DNA of 64,000 bases from Mobula hypostoma (taxonomy: Eukaryota), in the NCBI RefSeq assembly GCF_963921235.1, contig NW_026948140.1, forward strand, positions 372,001 to 436,000, written 5' to 3'. This document shows positions 12,701-25,614 of the stretch, piece by piece. Made by a program: the position numbers and the translations under genes. Numbering within the stretch: position 1 is the first letter of the stretch; every line of letters starts with the position of its first letter. The notes under the pieces are model-generated. The model saw nothing but the letters and a program-made list of their open reading frames with translations. It was not told the DNA's origin and searched no databases.

Positions 12701-13368
12701 ATGGGCAAATAAGCAGCAGATTGAATACCCTGTGTCCGGAAGTATATGGTCATGTACTTTGGTAGAAGAAATAAATGGGTTGACTATTTTCTAAATGGAG
12801 AGAAAACACAAAATTTTGAAATGAAAAGGGACTTGAGAGTCCTTATGCAGGATTTCCTAAAGATTAATTTGCAATTTGAGTTGGTAGTGAGGAAGGCAAA
12901 TGTGATGTTAGCACTCATTTCAAGAGGACTAGAATATAAAAGCAAAGATGTAATGTTGAGCCTTTATAAAGAGCTGGTGAGGCCTCACTTGGAGTATTGT
13001 GAGAAGATTTGGGACATTTATCTTAGAAGAATGTACTTTAACTGTAGAGGGTTCAAAAGAGATTCATGAAATGATTCCAGGCTTGAATGGCTTGTCATAT
13101 GAAGAGCGTTAGATGGTTCTGGACCTGTATTCACTACAATTCAGAAGTATGAGGGGTGACCAAATTGAAACATTGAATGGTGAAAGGTCTTGATGTGAAT
13201 ATGGAGAGGATATTCTCTATGGTGAGAGAGTCTAAGACTTGAAGGCACAGCCTTAGAACAGAGGGGCATCCTTTTAGACTGGAAATGAAGGGGAATTTCT
13301 TTAGCCAGAGAGTGGTGAATCTATGGAATTTTTGCCGTAGGAAGCTGTGAAGGGCATGTCTTTATGTA

Positions 13369-14782
13369 CAAACCCCATTTCCAGAAAAGTTGGGATATTT
13401 TCCAAAATGCAATAAAAACAAAAATCTGTGATATGTTAATTCATGTGAACCTTTATTTGACTAACAAAAATACAAAGAAAAGATTTTCAATAGTTTTACT
13501 GACCAACTTAATTGTATTTTGTAAACATACACAAACTTAGAATTTGATGGCTGCAATACACTCAACAAAACTTGGGACAGAGGCATGTTTACCATTGTGT
13601 TACATCACCTTTCCTTTTAATAACACTTTTTAATCGTTTTGGAACTGAAGATACTAATTGTAGTAGATTTGCAATTGGAAATTTTGTCCATTCTTGCTTG
13701 ATATAAGACTTCAGCTGCTCAACAGTCCGTGGTCTCCGTTGTCTGATTCTCCTCTTCATGATGTGCCATACATTTTCAGTAGGAGATAGATCTGGACTGG
13801 CAGCAGGCCAGTCAAGCACATGCACTCTTGTGTCTACAAAGTCACTCTGTTGTAGCCCATGCAGAATGTGGTCTGGCATTGTCCTGCTGAAATAAGTATA
13901 GACGTCCCGGGAAGAGACGTTGCCCTGATGGCAACATATGTCTCCCTAAAATCCTAATATACGCCTCAGAGTCAATGGTACCTTCACATCCATGCAACTC
14001 ACCCATGCCGTGGGCACTGATGCACCCCCACACCATCACAGATGCTGGCTTTTGCACCTTTCGCTGATAACAATCTGGATGGTCGTTTTCATCTTTGGCA
14101 CGGAGAACTCGACGCCCATTTTTTCCGAAAACTAGCTGAAATGTGGACTCATCTGACCACTGCACACTGTTCCACAGTCTTTCAGTCCATCTAAGATGAG
14201 CTCGGGCCCAGAGAACTCACCGGCGTTTCTGCATAGAGTTGATGTATGGCTTCCCCCTTGCGTAATACAGTTTCAAGTTGCACTTCTGGATGCAGCGACG
14301 GACTGTGTTGAGTGACAATGGTTTTCCGAAGTACTCCCGATCTTGCATTGAGAAACGTTCCTTTTGAACTGACTAACAATTCTCTCACGAATTTTGGCAC
14401 AAAGGGGTGAGCCACGACCCATCCTCGCTTGCAAAGACTGAGCCTTTGATGGACGCTACTTTTATACCCAGTCATGATAACTCCCCTGCTACCAATTAAC
14501 CTGCTTAATGTGGAGTCTTCCAAACCGGTGTTACTTGAATATTCTGTGCACTTTTCAATCTTATTTTAACTCTGTCCCAACTTTTGTTGAGTGTGTTGCA
14601 GCCATCAAATTCTAAATTTGTGTATATTTACAAAATACAATTAAGTTGGTCAGTAAAACTATTGAAAATCTTTTCTTTGCACTTTTGTCAGTTAAATAAA
14701 GGTTCACGTGAATTAACATATCACAGGTTTTTGTTTTTATTGCATTCTGGAAAATATCCCACTTTTCTGGAAATGGGGTTTG
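13369..14782 (-). mobile_element. Tc1/mariner DNA transposon, IR/DR type, defective
   Basis: ~214-bp TIRs (13369-13582 and 14570-14782) starting CAAACCCCATTTCCAGAAAAGTTGGGA; TA TSD at 13367-13368 and 14783-14784. Confidence 0.97.
13589..14420 (-). pseudogene. Tc1 DD34E transposase relic
   Basis: WSDES…VMVWGCI…FQQDNARPH…DWPAASPDLSPTENVW; 34 residues between second D and E after correcting one stop and one frameshift near 13830-13845; N-terminal part appears internally deleted. Confidence 0.92.
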
Positions 14783-15430
14783 TATATTTAAGGCAGATGT
14801 TGATAGATTCTTGATTGATCAGGGCATGAAGGGATACAGGGAGAAGGCAGGAAATTCGGGTTGAGACAAAAAGTGGATCAGCCATCATGAAATGGCAGAG
14901 CAGATTTAATGAGCTAAATGGCCTAATTCTGTTCCAATACCTAATGGTCTTATGGTCTTCTTTATACTCCTCGTGTGTTTTGTTTGGCCCTAACTTTCAA
15001 AGCTTTGTATACTTTTTCTTTTACTTCTTGACTAAATTCATTGCCTCTCTCGACATCCAAGGTTCTCTTATCTTTCTATCCTTGTCCTTCCTTCTAACAG
15101 GAACACACCTTTCCTGTACTTAAGAAGGGATTTAGGAGAGCTAGAAGGTGACATGAGAAGGCCTTGGTAAGCAGGAATAAGGAAAGCACCAGCTATTCCA
15201 CAATTATGTGAAGAACAAGAGGATGACTAGAGTGAGGGTAGGACTGCATAGTGATAAAGGAGGAAATATGACTGTGAGGTTAAGGGAGGTTCTTAAATAC
15301 ATTGCTTCGGTATTTACAAGTGAGAAGGATTTTGGTGAATGTGAACTCTAGAACAGTTAATTGGCTGGGGCATGTCAGGATTAAGAAAAAGGCAGTTTTG
15401 GTACTTTTAAAGAATATTAGGATTGATAGG

Positions 15431-16195
15431 ATCTGTCTGACCCCCTAACTATAGAGTCCCCTATCACTACTGCCTTTCTCTTCCTTCCCCTACCCTTCTG
15501 AGCCACAGGGCCGGACTCCGTGCCAGAGGCACGGCCACTGTTGCTTCTCCCAGGTAGGCTGCCCCCCTCAACAGTACTCAAACAGGAGTACTTATTGTCA
15601 AGGGGTACAGCCACTGAGGTACTCTCTAGTATCTGACTTTTCCCCTTCCCTCTCCTGACTGCAACCCACTTGTCTGTCTCCTGTGGCCCCGGTGTGACCA
15701 CCTGCCTATAACTCCTTTCTATCACCTCCTCGCTCTCCCTGACCAGATGAAGGTCATCGAGTTGCATCTCCAGTTCCCTAACTCGGTCCCTTAGGAGCTG
15801 CAGCTCGACACACTGGGTGCAGATATGGCCGTCCAGGAGGCTGGGAGACTCCAGGACCTCCCACGTCTGACACCAAGCACAGAAAACTGGCCTCACACAC
15901 ATACTTCCTCCTTTCCGTAATTAACACAGCTAAACCTACCTCATCTCGTTATCGCCTAAGCCCGCTAAACCAAAGCCCTACCACTCTGCTACCACTCACT
16001 CCACTGCCCGCTGGATATGGCGGTCTTTTTAAAATTTTCCCATGCACCTGCGCAGTCTTGCCTCTCTTTTGCCACAAGTAGTAAAACTGCCTTCGCTCCG
16101 GAAATCCTTAGCCGTTCACTTGTATCCTTCTTGCTCCGAATCAAAAACCGCTGAAGATTCATTGCCTTTTTAAACTTTTCCCACTCTACTGGTAA
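15431..16195 (-). mobile_element. CR1 5' end: 5' UTR and ORF1 N-terminus (zinc finger, leucine zipper, start of esterase)
   Basis: ORF 15417..15902 CAWC…HICTQC, LRDRVRELEMQLDDL, VVIGDSIVRG (SGNH block I). Confidence 0.88.
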
Positions 16196-16204
16196 ATTAC
16201 TGGT

Positions 16205-16629
16205 AAATTCTTATCGTTGTGGAAAATTCTCCTATGATGCAAATGACTGGCGGTTCAAAGAAAAACTTTGCAGGTTCAAAGAAAAAAGTTTGCAGTAAGT
16301 GTCACAGAGAAAGTCACATAAAGAGTGTGTGCAAGTCAGACAGAAAGCACAACCACAGAGAGAAACCACACCGACTGAAGAGTTTCACACACAAAACTAA
16401 GCAAAGGCAGAAAGTGACCAAATATGAAACAGGCAACACAGGGTCTGACAAAGGTGAGCTGCCATGCCAAGAACTGCATAATATTACTGAAGCAGATCAC
16501 AAAATCATCTGGGTCACAATCGATGCATCCGGTGTAAAACTGAAAATGGAGCTGGATACAGTGTCAGCTTTCTCCATAATTCCAGAGGCTGACTACAACC
16601 GACTGTTTTCAAAGCCACTGTTAGAGAAG
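16205..16629 (+). mobile_element. Gypsy LTR-retrotransposon relic: gag zinc knuckles + aspartic protease start
   Basis: SYRCGK… then CSKCHRESHIKSVC (CX2CX4HX4C) and LKMELDTVSAFSII (DTG-like). Confidence 0.8.
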
Positions 16630-16817
16630 TGCAGCTGTGAGGCCAGGTCGTTGGGTGTATTCAAGGCAGAGATTGATAGGTTCTTGATTGGACACGGCAT
16701 CAAGAACCGGGAAATGGGGTTGAGGAGGAGAAAAAAGGATCAGCCATGATTGAATGGCGGAGCAGACTCGATGGGCCAATTGGCCTAGTTCTGCTCTTAT
16801 GTCTTATGGTCTTATGG
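16630..16817 (+). mobile_element. CR1 3' end
   Basis: EARSLGVFKAEIDRFL, 3' UTR and (TCTTATGG)n tail. Confidence 0.85.
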
Positions 16818-16949
16818 AAAAGGTGGCTCTCTTCACATACTTCTGCTCACAGTCCAAATCCAAGGAACTGCTGTGAAGTTCTCCCTTTTTAATTTTGATT
16901 GCAGACGTGATTGAAAAGATAGCTCGGTGGCTGGACGCAGCCCAAATCT

Positions 16950-17085
16950 GCTGACTAAGCAAACATTGGCAGACTAAGCATTGCGAAGAAGGTGTATCAT
17001 GGACTACAGCTCTTCCTTTGCTTTTATGCAGCATCAGGGCAACCCAAACAATAAAACAAAGTTGAGTCCATTTGAAGTGATGATC
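16950..17085 (+). mobile_element. Retroviral/LTR-element integrase relic
   Basis: Manual translation with frameshifts: KHCEEGVSWTTALPLLLCSIRAT / NNKTKLSPFEVM, matching the W..LP..L..IR.TP….LSPFE motif at the end of the integrase core. Confidence 0.55.
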
Positions 17086-19110
17086 GCTGTCACTACCAGG
17101 AGCTCTCCATCTCAGAGAGGCTGATATGCACGTTCTAGAACACAGAACCATACAGCACAGTGTTGTGCTGAACCAGTTACAAAGCAAATCAAAAGCACCC
17201 AAACACTAATCCCTCCTACCTACATAACGTCCATATCCCTCCATCTTCCTCACATCATGTGCCTATCTAAACATATCTTAAAAGCCTCTACCACTTCATC
17301 AGGAAATTCTAGGCATCAACCAGTTTCTGTGTAGAAACTTAACCCTCACTTCCCCATTGAACCTATCCCCTCTCACCTTCAATGCATGCTCTTTGGTATT
17401 AGACATTTCAACCCTAGGAAACAGATACTCCCTGTCTCCTCTATCCATGCTTCCCATAATCTTATAAACCTCTATCAGATCTCCCCTCAGCTTCCACTGC
17501 CCCAAAGTTTTTCCATTTTCTCATGATAGGACCTCTAAACCAAGTAGCATCCTGGTGATCCTCTTATGCACCCTCTCCAAAGCCTCAACATCCTTCTTAT
17601 AGTGAGGCAACCAGAACTAACCAGAGTGTTAAAAAGTTACAACACAACCTCTTGAGTTTTGAATTCAATGCCTTCACTAAGAAAAGCAGCATTCCATAAG
17701 CCTCCTTAATCACCTGTGTAGGCACTTTCAAGGAGCTACGAAGATGGATCCCAAGATGTCTCTGCTCAGCGCACTGTAAAGGATCTTAGCCTTAACAGTG
17801 TCCTGTCTCCTTGCATTTCCCCTACCAAGATGCAGCATCACATTTATCTGGGTTAAGCTTCATCTGCCATATTTATAGCTGATCTATATATTGTGTTTTT
17901 TTTTTTTTGCCAGTCTTCTACACTATCCACAACTCCACTAATCTTGGTATAATCCGCAGAGTTACTGACCCACCGATCTACGTTTTCATCCAGGTCATTT
18001 ACATACATCACAAACAGCAGAGGTTCCTTCACAGATCGCTGACTCCACTAATTACAGACTTCCGGCTTGAATAAACCCCTTCAACCACTACCCTACCCTA
18101 CCCTATGCCTTCTATGCACAGGCCAGTTCTGAACACAAGTAACCAACTGGCCGTGGACCCCATGCATCTTCATCTTCTGGATTAGTCTTCCATGAGGGAC
18201 TTTGTCAAACACCTTACTAAATCCATGTGGACAACATCCACTGCCCTACCCTCACCCATCTCTCTCAACACCTTATCAAGAAACTCAATCCAGTTGGCAA
18301 GACATGACCTACTCCATTCAAAGCCATGCTGGTTCTCCTGAATTAGATCATGAGTTGTGGGGAATGTGAGTGGGGTCCAAATGGTCATATATCCTATCCC
18401 TAAGAATTTTCTCCAGCAATTTCCCTACAACTGACATGAGATTTACTGGTCTACAATTCCCTGAATTTTCCATTGTTCCCTTCTTAAATTGTGGTACAAC
18501 ATCTGTCACTTGCCAGTGCTCAGACCTCACCTGTGCCTACAGAAGACACAAAGATACTGGTCAAGGCCCAGCAATCTTGTCTCTTGCCTCCTTCAGTAAC
18601 CTGGGGTCAATCCCATCAGGCTTAGGGGACTTTTCCACCTTAATACTCTTTAGGAGGACCAACACTTCTTCCTCCTTGACCTCTAAATGCCCCAACATAT
18701 TTACACACCCAGCACTGATCTCCAGATCCTCCATATCCTGTTCCTTGGTAAATACTGAAACAAAGTACTCATTAAGTACATCACTCACATTCTCTGCATC
18801 CAAGCAAATATCCCCCCTATCCTTGAATGGTCCTACCCACTCCCTAGTTATCCTCTTGCTTTTGATGAATGAAGAGAATGCCTTGGGATTCACCTTAATC
18901 CTACTTGCCAAGGACTTTTCATGTCCTCTCCTTGTTTTCCTAATTCTCTTCTTTAGTTCTTTACTGGCTTCTTTATACTCCTCATCTGCTTTAGAGACAT
19001 AGAAACATAGAAAACCTGCAGCAAAGCTGGGCCGAACATGTCAAACATGTTTGTTTAATCCTTACTTTCAAAACTTTACATACTTTTCCTTTTTCATCTT
19101 GACTAAATCA

Positions 19111-22100
19111 AGCCATAGAGAACAAGGTGGATGATCTTAAAGGGAGACTCACCTACTTCAGGGAGATGGAGAACTGCTGTGTATTCTGTTTCACCGAGAC
19201 CTGGCTCTCCCCTGCCACCCCCCACTGTGCCATCCGACCGGAAGGATTTTCGATCCATCGGTTGGACCGCACGGCGCCTTCGGGCAAGACGAGGAGAGGT
19301 GGTGTCTGTCTACTGATCAACGCCGAGTGGTGCTCGGACACAGTGACACTGACAAGCTCCAGCAGCCTGGACCTGGAACACCTGTCGGTGAAGTCTCATC
19401 CCTACTATCTGCCACAGGAATTCTCCTCGGTCATACTGATAGCTGTCTACATTCCTTCTCAGGTGGATGTGGAGTGTGCTCTGAACATACTGTATGCCAA
19501 CATCCGTGAACTTGAGACCAGGTATCTGGAGGCTTTGCTCATTACAGCCGGGGACTTTACATAGAAACATAGAAAATAGGTGCAGGAGTAGACCATTCGG
19601 CCCTTCGAGCCTGCACCGCCATTCAGTATGATCACGGCTGATCATCCAACTCAGAACCCTGTACCAGCCCTTCCTCCATACCCCCTGATCCCTTTAGCCA
19701 CAAGGGCCATATCTAACTCCCTCTTAAATATAGCCAGTGAACTGGCCTCAACTGTTTCCTGTGGCAGAGAATTCCACAGATTCACCACTCTCTGTGTGAA
19801 GAAGTTTTTCCTAATCTCGGTCCTAAAAGGCTTCCCCTTTATCCTCAAACTGTGACCCCTCGTTCTGGACTGCCCCAACATCGGGAACAACCTTCCTGCT
19901 TCTAGCTTGTCCAATCCCTTTAGGATTTTATATGTTTCAATAAGATCCCCCCTCAATCTTCTAAATTCCAACGAATATAAGCCTAGTCGATCCAATCTTT
20001 CAACATCTGAAAGTCCTGCCATCCCAGGAATCAATCTGGTGAACCTTCTTTGTACTCCCTCTATGGCAAGGATGTCTTTCCTCAGATTAGGGGACCAAAA
20101 CTGCACACAATATTCCCAAGTGTGGTCTCACCAAGGCCTTGTACAACTGCAGTAGTACCTCCCTGCTCCTGTACTCGAATCCTCTTGCTATAAATGCCAG
20201 CATACCATTTGTCTTTTTCACCGCCTGCTGTACCTGCATGCCCACTTTCAATGACTGGTGTATAATGACACCCAGGTCTTGTTGCACCTCCCCTTTTCCT
20301 AATCAGCCACCATTCAGATAATAATCTGTTTTCCTGTTTTTGCCACCAAAGTGGATAGCCTCACATTTATCCACATTAAATTGCATCTGCCATGAATTTG
20401 CCCACTCACCTAACCTATCCAAGTCACCCTGCATCCTCTTAGCATCCTCCTCACAGCTAACACTGCTGCCCAGCTTCATGTCACCCGCAAACTTGGAGGT
20501 GCTGCATTTAATTCCCTCATCCAAGTCATTAATATATATTGTAAACAACTGGGGTCCCAGCACTGAGCCTTGCAATACCCCACTAGTCACTGCCTGCCAT
20601 TCTGAAAAGGTCCCGTTTATTCCCACTCTTTGCTTCTGTCTGCCAACCAATTCTCTATCCACATCAATACCTTACCCCCAATACCGTGTGCTTTAAGTTT
20701 GCACACTAATCTCCTGTGTGGGACCTTGTCAAAAGCCTTTTGAAAGTCCAAATATACCACATCCACTGGTTCTCCCCTATCCACTCTACTAGTTACATCC
20801 TCAAAAAATTCTATGAGATTTGTCAGACGTGATATTCCTTTCACAAATCCATGCTGACTTTGTCCGATGATTTCACCGCTTTCCAAATGTGCTGTTATCA
20901 CATCTTTGGTAACTGACTCTAGCAGTTTCCCCACCACCGATGTTAGGCTAACCAGTCTATAATTCCCCGGTTTCTCTCTCCCTCCTTTTTTAAAAGGTGG
21001 GGTTACATTAGCCACCCTCCAATCCTCAGGAACTAGTCCAGAATCTAACGAGTTTTGAAAAATTATCACTAATGCATCCACTATTTCTTGGGCTACTTCC
21101 TTAAGCACTCTGGGATGCAGACCATCTGGCCCTGGGGATTTATCTGCCTTTAATCCCTTCAATTTACCTAACACCACTTCCCTACTAACATGTATTTCCC
21201 TCAGTTCCTCCATCTCACTGGACCCCCTGTCCCCTACTATTTCTGGAAGATTATATATGTCCTCCTTAGTGAAGACAGAACCAAAGTAATTATTGAATTG
21301 GTCTGCCATGTCCTTGCTCCCCATGATCAATTCACCTGTTTCTGTATGTAGGGGACCTACATTTGTCTTAACCAGGCCAACCTCAGAAAGGTACTGCCAA
21401 AGTTATACCAACATGTCTCCTGCCCCACCAGAGGCCCGAATATACTTGACCACTGCTACACAGCAGTCAAGGATGCCTACCGTTCCGTCCCACGACCTCA
21501 CTTCGGAAAATCGGACCATCAGGCCATACTCCTCCTCCCGGCTTACAAACAGAAACTGAAGCGGGAGGTCACAGTGTCAAAAGTAGTGTCGTGTTGGACG
21601 GAGGAAACGGATGAGGTCCTCCGTGACTGCTTTGAATCGGTGGACTGGTTAGTATTCAAGGACTTGGCAGCTAACCTCGATTAGTATGCCTCAGCTGTCA
21701 CGGACTTTATTTGGAAATGTATAGAGGACTGTGTACCTCTCAAGATGATCCGGGTATTCCCTAACTGGAAACCTTGGATGAATTATGAGGTCAAGTCCCT
21801 TTTAAAGGCTAGAGCTGCAGCTTTTAGGTCTGGGGATACCAGTCTCTGCACGGAATCCAGGCGTGAACTCTGGAAAGCCATTAAGGGCGCCAAGAGGCGA
21901 TATCGAGCCAAGTTGGAAGCCCAGGCTAACCAGAGGGATGCCAGTAGACTATGGCAGGGTCTAAATAAGATCACTGGGTGCAAAGAAAAAGCTGGGAATA
22001 TCAATAACTGTGGCGCTTCTCTTCCTGACGAACTTAACATATTCTTCACAAGATTCGAACAGAAGAGGAGCGTCCCACTCCCTTCAGATGAACCAGACCT

Positions 22101-23710
22101 GGTGGCATCAAGGTTCATCATTACCGAGGAGGATGTTAGAAGGGCCTTCCTGAAGATAAATCTAAGGAAGGCGACGGGCCCAGATGGCGTCCCAGGACGT
22201 GTTCTCCAGGCCTGTGCAAGCGAGCTAGCTGGAGTGTTTGCTGACATCTTCAGCTGCTCCAGCTTCAGTCTAAAATCCCCTTGTGTTTTAAGAAGGCAAC
22301 GATAATCCCAGTGCCGAAGAAGAACAAGGTGGCATGCCTGAATGACTATTGACCTGTGGTTCTGACATCAATTGCTATGAAGTGCTTCGAGAGATTGGTT
22401 ATGGCACACATCAACCACAGCCTACCAGTCAACCTCGACGCTTTGCAATTCGCATACCAGAGCAACAGGTCAATGGCAGACGCCATCTCTCTGGCCCTAC
22501 ATTCCTCCTTAGAACACCTGGAGAATAAAGACGCATACGTAAGGCTCCTTTTCATTGACTACAGCTCTGCCTTTAATACCATTATTCCAAATAAACTGAT
22601 TCCTAAGCTCCGGAACCTGGGCCTTAGCACTCAGATCTGTAGCTGGATCTTCAACTTCCTCACAGACAGGACCCAGGCTGTAAAAATAGGGGACAAGCTC
22701 TCCTCTACAATCACTCTGAGCACTGGTGCCCCACAAGGCTGTGTACTCAGCCCCCTGCTGTACTCACTGTACACTCAATACATAAGTTTGCTGATGACAC
22801 AATTGTAGGCCATATCTCGGGTAATGATGAGTTTGAGTACAGAGAGGAAATTAAGAACCTGGTGGCATGGTGTGAAGACAATAACCTCTCCCTCAACGTC
22901 AACAAGACGAAGGAATTGGATATTGACTTCAGAAGGAGTAGCGGACCACACGACCCAATTTACATCAGTGGTGCGCAAGTGGAACAGGTCAAAAGCTTTA
23001 AGTTCCTCGGGGTCAATATCACAAATGACCTGACATGGTCCAGCCAAGCAGAGTTCACTGCCAAGAAGGCCCACCAGCACCTTTACTTCCTAAGAAAACT
23101 AAAGAAATTTGGCCTGTCCCCTAAAACCCTCACTAATTTTTATAGATGCACTGTAGAAAGCATTCTTCTAGGGTGCATCACAACCTGGTATGGAAGTTGT
23201 CCTGTCCAAGACTGAAAGAAGCTGAAGAAGGTCGTGAACACAGCACAGCACATCACACAATCCAATATTCCGTCCTTAGACTCACTTTACACCGTACGCT
23301 GTCGGAGCAGTGCTGCCGGGATAATCAAGGACATGACCCACCCAGCCAACACACTTTTCGTCCCTCTTCCCTCCGGGAGAAGGCTCAGGAGCTTGAAGAC
23401 TCATATGGCCAGATTTGGCAACAGCTTCTTTCCAACTGTGATAAGACTGCTGAATGGATCCTGACCCGGATCTGGGCCGTACCCTCCAAATATCCAGACC
23501 TGCCTCTTGGTTTTTTTTGCACTACCTTACTTTCCATTTTTCTATTTTCTATTTATGATTTATAATTTAAATTTTTAATATTTACTAATTTTTACTATTT
23601 TTAATATTTAATATTTGTAATCCAGGGAGCAGGAAGTGCAGAATCAAATATCGCTGTGATGATTGTATGTTCTAGTATCAATTGTTTGGCTACAATAAAG
23701 TATAAAGTAA
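19111..23710 (+). mobile_element. Rex1/Babar-clade LINE, nearly complete (APE + RT + C-terminal domain), interrupted by CR1
   Basis: FTETWL…GGVC…AGDF / NQANL…[61 protein letters not shown] + (TAAAG) tail; TAAAT duplicated at both ends. Confidence 0.93.
19559..21374 (-). mobile_element. Young CR1 subfamily copy (5'-truncated)
   Basis: ORFs 19651..21330 RT; CATAGAAA tail at 19560; splits Rex between GDF and NQANL. Confidence 0.95.
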
Positions 23711-24119
23711 ATTCATCACCTCTCTGGACATCTAAGTTTCTCTTAACTTTACTTCCCTATCCTTTCTGCTAATAGGAAAATACCTTTTCTGTAGTCTATG
23801 CAATTAATCTTTAAGCACCCTTCACATGTCTGATGTGGACTTGCCAGAAAAAAAATGTTCCAAATAACCCTTCATAGTTCCTACCTAATACCCTTGTAAT
23901 TTGCCCTACTCCAGTTTAAATCTCTCACCACAAAAAGTGAGGGAAGAGATTGCTGAGTAGTTAACAATGTGTTGATGGAGTGCCAGAACAGTCATTGGAG
24001 AGGTTCTGGAGACAGATGTTGGCAAGACCTCATACAAAGTCAGGAACCACAAGTTGAGTATGGCGCAACTAATGTTCTGAGCCAAATTTTTTCAATATAG
24101 GAAATATTGTAGGAAAGGC

Positions 24120-24860
24120 AGATGAATTCAGGGCATGGATCAACACATGGAATTATGATATTGTAGTTATTATTGAGTCTTGATTGGAGGAGGGGTAAGA
24201 CTGGCAGCTCAATATTCTGGGGTTCCACCGTTGTGGACGTGACAGAGTGGGAGGGTTTAAAGAAGGAGGATTGGTGTTACTAATCAGGGAAAATGACACA
24301 GCAGTGCTCAGTCAGGACAGACTAGAGAACTGATCTACTGAGGCATTGTGGGTGGAACTGAGAAGTCAGAAAGATATGACCAAGTTAATGGGGCTATATT
24401 ACAGATCACCCAACAGTCCTAGAGGTTTAGAGGAACAAATTTGTAGAGAGATCACAGACTGTTGCAAGAAATATAAGGTTGTTATAGTAGTTGATTTTAA
24501 CTTTGCACATATTGACTTGGAATCCCATACTGTAAAAGTTTGTCAGATATGTTCAGGAATGTTTCCTTAATCAGTATGTGGAAGTGTCAATGAGAAAGTG
24601 TGTAATACTTGATCTGATATTTGGAAATGACACAGGACAGGTGATTGAAGTTTGTGTAAAGGAACAATTTGCCATTAGTTGAAAATACCATTAGTTTCAA
24701 AATAAATATAGAAAAAGATAGGCCAGATCTGTGGGTTGAGATTCTAAATTGGAGGAAGGCCAATTTTAATGGTATCAGAATGGATCTGGCAAACGTGGAT
24801 TGCGACAGGCTGTTTTCAGGCAAAGTTGTACTTGATAAGTGGGAGGCCTTTAACAGTGAA
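24120..24860 (+). mobile_element. Old CR1 APE fragment
   Basis: WVELR…GLYYRSPNS…VVDFNF…ILNWRKANF (ORFs 24346..24869). Confidence 0.8.
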
Positions 24861-25080
24861 CAATGGTGATATCAAAAACTTGAGAAAACGTAGTTCACTC
24901 AGGTTTGCCAAAAGAGTAGAAAAAACAGCAACTTGCAGCAGTTTGGAGTTTTGAGCAGTAGCCAATCAGTGATCAGGATTAATTGGCATGAACAAATTAA
25001 AGTAAGGCAGAAACAAGTAGAGTGGCCATAGATGGAGTGGAGTGAGTTAGGATGGGGATATGGATGCTTTTGATCATTGA

Positions 25081-25612
25081 AAATAGAATAGTGCAGCACA
25101 GTACAGACCCTCAAACCCTGCCTCCCATATAAGCCCCCACCTTAAATTCCTCCATATACCTGTCTAGTAGTCTCTTAAACTTCACTAGTGTATCTGCCTC
25201 CACCACTGACTCAGGCTTGAACTTCCCACCCCTTACCTTGAAGCCATGTCCTCTTGTATTGAGCAGTGGTGCCCTGGGGAAGAGGCGCTGGCTATCCACT
25301 CTATCTATTCCTCTTATTATCTTGTACATCTCTATCATGTCTCCTCTCATCCTCCTTCTCTCCAAAGAGTAAAGCCCTAGCTCCCTTAATCTCTGATCAT
25401 AATGCATACTTTCTAAACCAGGCAGCATCCTGGCAAATCTCCTCTGTACCCTTTCCAATGCTTCCACATCCTTCCTATAGTGAGGTAACCAGAACTGGAC
25501 ACAGTACTCCAAGTGTGGCCTAACCAGAGTTTTATAGAGCTGCATGATTACATCGCGACTCTTAAACTCTATCCCTTGCTTATGAAAACTAACACCCCAT
25601 AAGCTTTCTTAC
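25081..25612 (-). mobile_element. CR1 3' end with two small internal deletions
   Basis: ORF 25111..25545 nearly identical to the C-terminus of 26357..27307 but lacks the GDIR…WNAL segment. Confidence 0.92.
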
Positions 25613-25614
25613 CT

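Larger units (their letters stand above)
11547..14956 (+). mobile_element. CR1 (RT region + TCTTATGG tail), interrupted by Tc1
   Basis: ORFs 11799..13069 RT motifs; resumes after the Tc1 at 14785; 4-bp TSD CTTC at 11543-11546 and 14957-14960. Confidence 0.88.
7656..15120 (-). mobile_element. Old CR1 in three pieces (7656-8510, 11483-11546, 14957-15120)
   Basis: 3' tail at 7656; ORF 7911..8105 VVPLFKKG…NYRPVSL; pieces rejoin at TSDs TTGCCAA and CTTC. Confidence 0.8.
7258..15430 (+). mobile_element. Old CR1 fragment in two pieces (7258-7655 and 15119-15430), outermost host of a nest
   Basis: …TATAAGGTAGCCAGA (~7650) continues naturally into CTTAAGAAGGGATTTAGGAGAGCTAGAAGG (15119), as in intact CR1 linker regions of this window. 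Confidence 0.65.
17135..23925 (-). mobile_element. Old CR1, split by the Rex element (17135-19110, 23711-23925)
   Basis: RT/linker ORFs 17299..18911; CTTGACTAAAT(T)CA context resumes at 23708; a short extra CR1 tail sits at ~18995-19045. Confidence 0.82.

Noticed and set aside
14957..15430. Local inversion of one CR1 (minus then plus pieces adjacent in element coordinates)
   Set aside because: Better explained by nesting: the minus piece continues 11483-11546 and the plus piece continues 7258-7655
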